Virus record (IMG/VR): IMGVR_UViG_3300025168_000463
Span: 1 to 28,837 of that record
DNA: 28,837 nucleotides
Source: a virus
Lineage: Duplodnaviria; Caudoviricetes
Reading direction: 5' to 3' (one strand)
In this document: positions 17,373-23,538 of the stretch, one piece after another
Numbering within the stretch: position 1 is the first letter of the stretch
How the letters are laid out: every line of letters starts with the position of its first letter
Program-made: the position numbers and the translations under genes
Notes under the pieces: model-generated
Seen by the model: only the letters and a program-made list of their open reading frames with translations
Databases searched by the model: none
What the model was told of the DNA's origin: nothing

Positions 17373-17756
17373 TCAATCCTTTCTCAGCTGCGAATGAAAA
17401 ATAGTTTGTAGTTCTAATTCTTTTTTGTGTGCTTCTTTCTCTTGCCACCTCTCAAAGTATGGTGAGGTGTTATCCATCTCCTTTCCTTTTAGGTACTGGT
17501 CAACGTGTACCATCTCATGAATTAAAGTTAGTTCAAGTTGTGGTATAGGCAATCTCTTGTTTAGTCTGATAGTAAACTCTTTGTCTTCTTCGTACATGCA
17601 GTCACCACAGTAGTCTTCTAACTTAGGTAGCACCCCTTCAAAGTTCAAGTGTATACCCTTAACATCTGGAAACAATTGATCCTGACAAAAGTTTACTACC
17701 TTACATATGAGGTCTTCCTTTTTCTTTGAGAACCTACCAGAAAAATAAACTATCAT
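17373..17756 (-). CDS. Zincin-like (HEXXH) metallopeptidase
   Basis: TLIHEMVHVDQY plus downstream WQEKEAH (third ligand Glu), preceded by G.C...FTIRL strands. Confidence 0.75.
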   Translation of the reverse strand: MIVYFSGRFSKKKEDLICKVVNFCQDQLFPDVKGIHLNFEGVLPKLEDYCGDCMYEEDKEFTIRLNKRLPIPQLELTLIHEMVHVDQYLKGKEMDNTSPYFERWQEKEAHKKELELQTIFHSQLRKD

Positions 17757-17757
17757 T

Positions 17758-17973
17758 TTATAAATCCTCTATGAAAGCAAAGCCTCCACCGTTACCCTCT
17801 GGATCTTGCGAGAGTACAAACTTAAACAGGTCAGAACCTTTCTTCATTATAAATGTAGGCCAGTATTGTTCTGGATTATACTTACATTGTGCCATAGTAA
17901 ACGATAGTATTTGTGCTCCCTTCAAGTGTTGATACTGTGAGGTGTAAGCTTCTATTTCATCTCTTCTAATCAT
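17758..17973 (-). CDS. Hypothetical early protein, 71 aa
   Basis: Coupled ORF; C-terminal SQDPEGNGGGF motif. Confidence 0.65.
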   Translation of the reverse strand: MIRRDEIEAYTSQYQHLKGAQILSFTMAQCKYNPEQYWPTFIMKKGSDLFKFVLSQDPEGNGGGFAFIEDL

Positions 17974-18172
17974 TGGCCTTCATATCCTTTCTGAATGCTA
18001 TTCCACACTTGGGTATCTTTATGTACTCCCTAGTTTCAATATGTTTAAACCCCATATATTCTAGGTTGTCTCTTCCTACCTCAGTACCCATGTACATGTA
18101 GTCATAGACTAAGGCTCTCTTTGCTCCATCAAAAGCTTCCCTTGCTTCCCTTTCTAAGTCTTTATCATTCAT
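17966..18172 (-). CDS. Hypothetical early protein, 68 aa
   Basis: GGAGG SD preceded by (AAC)5; FKHIETREY motif. Confidence 0.7.
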   Translation of the reverse strand: MNDKDLEREAREAFDGAKRALVYDYMYMGTEVGRDNLEYMGFKHIETREYIKIPKCGIAFRKDMKAND

Positions 18173-18176
18173 AATT

Positions 18177-18329
18177 CTAATCCTCCAAAGTTTTGTTGTT
18201 GTTGTTGTTTTTAATATCCAAATTTAATTTCGGCCTCCAGAATACCTCCCAGAATACATCGTTTAAAACTTTGTCTAATTCTTCTTCAGAAATTTCTGCA
18301 GCTGACATCTTCCACGTTCTCTCTTTCAT
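18177..18329 (-). CDS. Unlisted 50-aa protein (MKERTWKMSAAEISEEELDKVLNDVFWEVFW...)
   Basis: Read by hand: GAGGT SD and ATGA overlap. Confidence 0.6.
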   Translation of the reverse strand: MKERTWKMSAAEISEEELDKVLNDVFWEVFWRPKLNLDIKNNNNNKTLED

Positions 18330-18469
18330 TGGCTTACCTCAGTCAGCATTTTTATAAAGACAAGTACTTGTTCCTCACGTTCAAATTGTATTTGCCACCT
18401 TTGATCTTCAACGTCATTTTCTAAATACCATACGCCATGATCAAAACTTATTACAAAATTGTACTTCAT
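18326..18469 (-). CDS. Hypothetical early protein, 47 aa
   Basis: Start revised to MKYNFV, an ATGA overlap with the methyltransferase stop. Confidence 0.55.
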   Translation of the reverse strand: MKYNFVISFDHGVWYLENDVEDQRWQIQFEREEQVLVFIKMLTEVSQ

Positions 18470-19689
18470 TGAACCAACCCTTTGAATAGGTGCTTGACTA
18501 CATCCACAGTCCAACCATTGCCTAGCATCTTATACCTTTGGGTATTGCTAACGTGGTCAGTGTATCCATCAGGCACAGTCTGAAGTCTTTCACATTCTAC
18601 TGGTGAGAGCTTTCGCCATGTTGTACCCTCGTCAAGTGTGAGGTGGTTGTTGTGCTCCCATGCACTAGTGCTGATGGTGGGTGTCTTACCGTCCAAAGCT
18701 TTCAGTCCACCTTTGTTAAATCCTCTGGCTCTTTGTAAGATCTTAGGGAAAGCAAGCACACTGTCCTTCTGTACAGTAGTCAGGCAACCACCCTTATCAT
18801 CTTTGCGTAGCTCTAATCTGGCTACTGGTTCAATGGTTCTGTCGTAGTCTTTACGTGTACCATTTTCATCTAGCCTACGATTAACTATCCTAGCACCCTT
18901 CACGGCTACCTTTGGCTGAGTGTTACCACCAGTAGTGGCTAATAATGTTGGTGCTTTACCGTCAACACCGTAAACTCTACGGATGCTTTCCCTACCTTTG
19001 ATATTAGTAGCAGTACCTATTACATTCATTCCAGAACCAAACACGATTTGTCTTCTACTCTTTTCAAAGTACAACCTGACATTACTAGCACCACCACCTT
19101 TGTAGTAACTTGCATCTAAGCAATAAGACTTTTCTCTGTCAGTATATCCGTCTTCTAAGATATCAGCTAAGACTGTACCTTTATCCTCTGGCAATCCGTC
19201 CACTGGTATGTTCGTCCAGTAAAGCCTACGCCTATTCTGTGCTGATACTAGGTTACTGTTTATTTCAACAGGTTCTACACCTAAGTACTCAGTAATAATC
19301 TGTTGAGATTGTTTACTCATTTTAACATTCTCTAACATAAAGTATTTAGGTTTGAGAGCTTTCAACAATCGTATGTATTCAAAGAAGAGTTGTGACCTAG
19401 GATCTTCAAAGTTTAATTGCTTTCCTGCAAAGCTAAAGCCTTGGCAAGGTGAGCCACCAATAAGCAAATCAATTTTGTGACCACAATCAAATTCGTCTAA
19501 CAAATATTGATCGCTAGTCTTAACGTTCTGGACATCACCTAGGTGCACCATGTCAGGGAAATTTGCTTTAGCTACTTTGATTGCGAACTTATCAATCTCA
19601 GAAGCAAAATAGTTTTTAACTGGTACACCTAATTTTTTTAGGGCTATCTGTCCACACGACATGCCATCAAATAAGCTTAGTACATTCAT
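18466..19689 (-). CDS. dcm: DNA (cytosine-5) methyltransferase, orphan, probably multispecific
   Basis: Motifs I (LFDGMSCG), IV (GSPCQGFS), VI (ENV), VIII (QNRRRLY), IX (RKLSPVECERLQ) and X (YKMLGNG), with a long variable region. Confidence 0.95.
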   Translation of the reverse strand: MNVLSLFDGMSCGQIALKKLGVPVKNYFASEIDKFAIKVAKANFPDMVHLGDVQNVKTSDQYLLDEFDCGHKIDLLIGGSPCQGFSFAGKQLNFEDPRSQLFFEYIRLLKALKPKYFMLENVKMSKQSQQIITEYLGVEPVEINSNLVSAQNRRRLYWTNIPVDGLPEDKGTVLADILEDGYTDREKSYCLDASYYKGGGASNVRLYFEKSRRQIVFGSGMNVIGTATNIKGRESIRRVYGVDGKAPTLLATTGGNTQPKVAVKGARIVNRRLDENGTRKDYDRTIEPVARLELRKDDKGGCLTTVQKDSVLAFPKILQRARGFNKGGLKALDGKTPTISTSAWEHNNHLTLDEGTTWRKLSPVECERLQTVPDGYTDHVSNTQRYKMLGNGWTVDVVKHLFKGLVQ

Positions 19690-19754
19690 AATATAATCCT
19701 TTTCTCTATAGGTGGTGGAGCTTAGAAATACGCCCCACCTACCAACAATAATTA

Positions 19755-20147
19755 TCAGGTGCTAAACACGTTTGGTTTAATACTGAAATGCCTCTTAGCA
19801 GTCTCAGTATCTATCGTGAAAAGCTGTCCAGTTTTAAGCTTGGTAATTAACCAAGGGCGTTTAGATGCTTTGGGTCTGAACTCTGTCAGGCTGTAGTCAT
19901 CTCCACTAAGGCTAGCAATTTTAGTTAAGTCTAATCCTTCAAGTGAAGCAAACCTTTCAGTGTCTTCTTGCTTCCTAGTCTTAGCTCCGTTCTTAGTAAC
20001 CTTAAGTTTGTATGTTGCTTCACCGTCAGAATAGGTGCACCCACCTAGCTCAAGAGTGATACCGTGTTTATCAGTGTTGAATGTTGCTAATAATTCTTCT
20101 AGGTCAGAACGTAAAATCCTGAGTGATGGTCTATCAAATTTTGTCAT
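19755..20147 (-). CDS. Hypothetical early protein, 130 aa
   Basis: Start revised to MTKFDR, which has a GGAG SD and follows the upstream TAA. Confidence 0.7.
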   Translation of the reverse strand: MTKFDRPSLRILRSDLEELLATFNTDKHGITLELGGCTYSDGEATYKLKVTKNGAKTRKQEDTERFASLEGLDLTKIASLSGDDYSLTEFRPKASKRPWLITKLKTGQLFTIDTETAKRHFSIKPNVFST

Positions 20148-20148
20148 T

Positions 20149-20379
20149 TTATATCTCCATGTTAGACAAAGTGTAGAGTATGGCACTATAGGTAAACTTA
20201 GCACCGTCTGGGGTAGTATTTCCTTGCAAGTGATTATTCAATTCTGCTGATGCTTTATACAATCCAAGCTTAGATAATAACCTGTAAGTAAATTCGTACA
20301 AGTTTTGATCGTTGTTAATCCAGACGCTAACATTCTGGGTTTCCCAAGTAGGGTAACAATCTCTTGAAGTAAGTCTCAT
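20149..20379 (-). CDS. Conserved phage early protein (ETxNVxxWIxND...TPDG family)
   Basis: WETQNVSVWINNDQNLY...TPDG is a motif typical of a widespread phage hypothetical family. Confidence 0.7.
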   Translation of the reverse strand: MRLTSRDCYPTWETQNVSVWINNDQNLYEFTYRLLSKLGLYKASAELNNHLQGNTTPDGAKFTYSAILYTLSNMEI

Positions 20380-20618
20380 TTTTCAATCTCTTTTAAAATC
20401 TTTAAAGCCTTTTCATAATTGTGGATACTCCCATGCAAACAAACTATCTCTGTTGATACAAAGCTTGGACGCACCCCATCACCATATCTGTTTTCTAAGC
20501 TTTTTATATCTGATAACTTTTTAAGTATCATAACGCTTAGGGTTTCCTCTAATCCATCATAGGTATACAAGCCTTTATCTAACCAATTCTTAATGATGCT
20601 TTCTGTTAACTGTATCAT
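20376..20618 (-). CDS. Hypothetical early protein, 80 aa
   Basis: AAGGT SD behind (CAA)n; YGDGVRPSFVS motif. Confidence 0.65.
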   Translation of the reverse strand: MIQLTESIIKNWLDKGLYTYDGLEETLSVMILKKLSDIKSLENRYGDGVRPSFVSTEIVCLHGSIHNYEKALKILKEIEK

Positions 20619-20640
20619 TCTTATATTTACCTTTCTGTTG

Positions 20641-20691
20641 TTGTTGTCTTATTTAGTGACACCTTAAAAGATGCCACCAATAAAATAACAA
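20641..20691 (-). promoter_or_regulatory. Long intergenic RNA hairpin, candidate RNase III processing site
   Basis: About 23-bp stem on the - strand with four G-U pairs, one bulge, one mismatch and a 4-nt loop; no U tract. Confidence 0.65.
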
Positions 20692-20692
20692 G

Positions 20693-21304
20693 TTACACGT
20701 TTACTAGGTCAACACACTCAACATGATATCTAGAAACGATATCACCATTGTCTAAGGATCTATTAGCTTGGTTTCCTGCTACATAATCGCACCAAGTATT
20801 CCACCAGTATTCACTTCCTTGTTCTTGTGTCATGGCAACATAACCCTCTATTTTCTTGCGTCTTGTATCAGGCTTAACTTTACCAAGCTTAACCTGACTT
20901 TCATTCATACCTAAACGTTTCAAGTTATGGCTATCTATACAAGCTACGTTAAACCCTAGGCATTGGGCAACAAACGCACTCTTGACCATACCTAGGTTAG
21001 GTACTGGTAAAAATAGTTCTATTGCCTTGGTGCAAGCTTCAACACTATCAACACCTAGCGTCTCTTTAATGTGCTGTACTTTACCAAATAAGAAAGCGTC
21101 ATGCTTTTTGACAAACTCCAAACCATCACCCTTTTTACCCCACAAAAATCTGGAATTTGAACCCTCTAAATTACAATCTTTTATTTGATTTTTGCATGTG
21201 CTCAAACCTGCCTGAATTGTAGTAAGAACAAATAACGCTACGGGTACTACTGACTGTTTTTGTTCACATATCTCAATAATTGCTTTGGTATCTCTCTTAT
21301 ACAT
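20693..21304 (-). CDS. HhH-GPD superfamily DNA glycosylase-like protein
   Basis: LFLPVPNLGMVKSAFVAQCLG (helix-hairpin-helix) followed by VACIDSHNL, parallel to the DxH motif of EndoIII/Ogg2 enzymes. Confidence 0.6.
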   Translation of the reverse strand: MYKRDTKAIIEICEQKQSVVPVALFVLTTIQAGLSTCKNQIKDCNLEGSNSRFLWGKKGDGLEFVKKHDAFLFGKVQHIKETLGVDSVEACTKAIELFLPVPNLGMVKSAFVAQCLGFNVACIDSHNLKRLGMNESQVKLGKVKPDTRRKKIEGYVAMTQEQGSEYWWNTWCDYVAGNQANRSLDNGDIVSRYHVECVDLVNV

Positions 21305-21539
21305 TTTTAATATCCTTTTCTATTCTTACATATTCTACTGATTTAGTACCTAAAATATCCCACATAGTTCGGTGTAAATAATCGCTACCATCACCAATTG
21401 TTGCAATGGTACGTTCTGTTTTCTCATTTGAGAATTTTACTATTATGTTAAAAAATATTGAATTTTGTTGAACTTCAAAATTAGCAAATAAGTTTTTTAA
21501 CTTATTGTTTTTGATTGGTGGTGTTGATAATTTATTCAT
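21297..21539 (-). CDS. Hypothetical early protein, 80 aa
   Basis: AGGAG SD; coupled ORF. Confidence 0.6.
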   Translation of the reverse strand: MNKLSTPPIKNNKLKNLFANFEVQQNSIFFNIIVKFSNEKTERTIATIGDGSDYLHRTMWDILGTKSVEYVRIEKDIKNV

Positions 21540-21543
21540 TTCA

Positions 21544-21792
21544 TTAAACTCCTAATTCTTTAATAGTGTGTAGTGTTGCTTTATTTCTGAACGTTCCAAT
21601 TTCTACAGTAACATCTTTATCTTTATAGTTTTCTATTGAATAAGCTTGTCCTGAATTTGTTGCTGTCTCAAAGGTAAAACCGTTTCTTGCTTTATCTAAT
21701 ACAGCACATAAGAATTTTGGATTGCCCATTGTGCTATTTTTAAGACGTCTTAAAATTCTGAATTTACCAGTATGCCTTGTGATGTTTTTCAT
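21544..21792 (-). CDS. First early gene, basic beta-rich protein, 82 aa
   Basis: Directly downstream of the early promoter; RLKNSTMGNP motif. Confidence 0.7.
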   Translation of the reverse strand: MKNITRHTGKFRILRRLKNSTMGNPKFLCAVLDKARNGFTFETATNSGQAYSIENYKDKDVTVEIGTFRNKATLHTIKELGV

Positions 21793-21825
21793 TTTATCTA
21801 AAACCTTTTCTTGTTGCTTAAGACG

Positions 21826-21864
21826 ACAATAAACCCACGCAGCTTGAATAGCAAAAAAATAAAA
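21826..21864 (-). promoter_or_regulatory. Early sigma70 promoter with UP element
   Basis: TTTTATTTTT-TTGCTA-17 bp-TATTGT, about 35 nt upstream of the first early ATG. Confidence 0.65.
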
Positions 21865-21929
21865 CCTAATAGATTCAATAGGTTAGCAGTAATTCAAAAA
21901 ATAATTTTCAGTATGTTATCTTAAAAAGC

Positions 21930-22027
21930 ACCGGCAAACTGTAAGTGATTCGTTTTGAAATGACCGGCAATAGGTACGGTTTCTATAGGGGTATATATAT
22001 AATGTGTAAGCTTGGCATAGGGGTATA
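21930..22027 (+). repeat. Two pairs of phased direct repeats
   Basis: ACCGGCAA at 21930 and 21963 (33 bp apart); ATAGGGGTATA at 21985 and 22017 (32 bp apart). Confidence 0.75.
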
Positions 22028-22059
22028 CATAAAACTTGCTGTATTGCGCTTGCCTCTGA

Positions 22060-22173
22060 AAGTTTAATGCTAAACGAATAACACACTGTAAATAGTTTAA
22101 CGTTAAACTACTTTTATCCTGTATTTGTTCAGTATTAAACTAATTGTCAGTAAAATAGTTCAATATTAAACTA
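22060..22173. repeat. Array of four operator-like palindromes GTTYA-N4-TAAAC with 31-33-bp period
   Basis: Cores at 22062 GTTTAATGCTAAAC, 22095 GTTTAACGTTAAAC (perfect 18-mer palindrome 22093-22110), 22127 GTTCAGTATTAAAC and 22158 GTTCAATATTAAAC. Confidence 0.85.
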
Positions 22174-22288
22174 CTTTGAGGGGGTCGGGCATGCGCCACG
22201 GTGGGGGTATACGTTACGTGTATATGCCTGATGACAGAGATGGGTATTTTCAGTCTGTTAACCACAATTTATTTAAAGTGGTTTACAG

Positions 22289-22316
22289 TTGAACAATAAT
22301 TTTGCAGGGGTATAAC
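22289..22316 (+). promoter_or_regulatory. Rightward promoter giving a probably leaderless mRNA
   Basis: TTGAAC-16 bp-TATAAC, with ATG 7 nt downstream. Confidence 0.6.
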
Positions 22317-22323
22317 TACTGGT

Positions 22324-22437
22324 ATGAAGCTGTTTAAGAGAAACAACAAGTATTACCTGTTTGATTCCCAGGGAAAGCTGCTGCTTATTACCAGGTCAAA
22401 GGGTATATGCTTAAAGATTATGGGTAGTAGGGTGTGA
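22324..22437 (+). CDS. Unlisted 37-aa basic protein (MKLFKRNNKYYLFDSQGKLLLITRSKGICLKIMGSRV)
   Basis: Read by hand: ATG at the predicted transcription start, no SD, beta-hairpin-like pattern. Confidence 0.55.
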   Translation: MKLFKRNNKYYLFDSQGKLLLITRSKGICLKIMGSRV

Positions 22438-22588
22438 CATGTTGTCACTTAAAGGGTATTATCCTTGTTTTAACCTTGAAGCGTGTATAACTAATAGTAT
22501 ATACTTACTATAAGTAATACTTTAAGTAATTATTATTAATGATAATTAATTAATATTAATAATATTACCTTAAGTATAACTAATAGTA
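22430..22588 (+). other. AT-rich element B (candidate origin or promoter unit)
   Basis: GTGACA-TGT-TGTCAC palindrome, then about 90 bp of A/T bracketed by the 15-bp direct repeat GTATAACTAATAGTA (22485 and 22574); contains TATTACCTTAAGTA. Confidence 0.65.
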
Positions 22589-22631
22589 CCCCACATTATT
22601 TTTTGTTGTCCATTTTTTTAGAAAACGACTG

Positions 22632-22659
22632 TTGACTTGTGGAGTACTTTACGTACAAC
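22632..22659 (+). promoter_or_regulatory. Promoter of the lysis/late arm
   Basis: T7/A4 UP-like tract, then TTGACT-16 bp-TACAAC. Confidence 0.6.
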
Positions 22660-22680
22660 TACACAACACAAGTAATTATC

Positions 22681-22935
22681 ATGAACAAAAGAGTAAAGTA
22701 CTTCGAGTCTGACTCAGTACTAGAAGAGTTCTACAAAGCTCTAGCTGACAAAAATGAAAACAGGTTAAGAAGGGTACACATACCTCGTTCTGACGTGTTC
22801 TATGTTAGAAGAGCTTACTACGAATCTACAGGACACTGGGTTTCTTTAGACAGAATGGAAAGATCTATGTACCTCGAAGGTTTTTTACGTAAGCAAGACG
22901 TTCTAGACCCTGACAGAAAAAGAGACTGGGAGTAA
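22681..22935 (+). CDS. Conserved hypothetical protein, 84 aa
   Basis: Start revised to ATG 22681 because GTG 22639 lies inside the promoter spacer; HIPRSDVFYVR motif. Confidence 0.7.
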   Translation: MNKRVKYFESDSVLEEFYKALADKNENRLRRVHIPRSDVFYVRRAYYESTGHWVSLDRMERSMYLEGFLRKQDVLDPDRKRDWE

Positions 22936-22938
22936 TAC

Positions 22939-23208
22939 ATGGACGGTTTAAAGATACCAGTAGCTCTAGTCTTTGCAATGGCTATACAGTTAGTTGCTTT
23001 GGTCTGGTACATCAGTAATTTAGTACACGATATAGAACACTTACAAAACAAAGTATCAGAACAACAACAACACCTAGAACTGTTAGGCCTAGACGTGAAT
23101 GACCTGTGGACGTTTTGTACTTTCACTGAAAACAAGTGGGCTGAAGCCTACATTGATGACATGGTATACCAACGTGTCTGTGGAACTAAAGAAGTTGTGG
23201 GGGAATAA
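22939..23208 (+). CDS. Membrane-anchored coiled-coil protein (holin/antiholin candidate)
   Basis: GGGAG SD, N-terminal TM, heptad region and Cys pair; upstream of the endolysin. Confidence 0.5.
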   Translation: MDGLKIPVALVFAMAIQLVALVWYISNLVHDIEHLQNKVSEQQQHLELLGLDVNDLWTFCTFTENKWAEAYIDDMVYQRVCGTKEVVGE

Positions 23209-23538
23209 ATGGTCATAGACTTTGACGTAGATGGTGATGGTAAAGTTACTCTAGATGAAGTAGCCATGAAAGAGCGTATGCTTGAGGTTGAGCTACGAGA
23301 AGAGAAAGCTGAGTCACAAAAGAAGATGGCTTGGATAGCTATGGTAATGATGGTTGGATTTACAGTCGTTTTGTTTACACCACTAATGTCAGACACAAGA
23401 GTAGCAGCCCTAGCAGATTTGCTTGGGCTATTTTACATTGCTCAAACAGGTATCGTAGCAGCTTATATGGGAGCTACAGCTTACATGGCAGGTAAGCCAA
23501 TGGGCAACAAGATAGCAATGAAGAAGGATATGAGATAA
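23209..23538 (+). CDS. Two-TM holin-like protein with N-terminal EF-hand loop
   Basis: DVDGDGKVTLDE, two hydrophobic helices and a basic C-terminus; lysis-cassette context. Confidence 0.55.
   Translation: MVIDFDVDGDGKVTLDEVAMKERMLEVELREEKAESQKKMAWIAMVMMVGFTVVLFTPLMSDTRVAALADLLGLFYIAQTGIVAAYMGATAYMAGKPMGNKIAMKKDMR

Noticed and set aside
18234-18257. 12-bp tandem repeat (CCTCCAGAATAC / CTCCCAGAATAC) as a regulatory site
   Set aside because: It lies inside the 50-aa ORF and simply encodes VFWE/VFWR; only two copies.
22127-22171. Alphaproteobacterial LexA box (GTTC-N7-GTTC) or CtrA box in the palindrome array
   Set aside because: There is no second GTTC at N7, and the TTAA halves are 2 bp apart rather than 7.
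22053-22175. Mini-CRISPR array, given the Cas4-like gene at 9392-10258
   Set aside because: Repeats are only 14-18 bp and degenerate, and the gaps are 17-19 bp and resemble each other. The Cas4-like protein sits in the usual replication-exonuclease slot, with no cas1/cas2.
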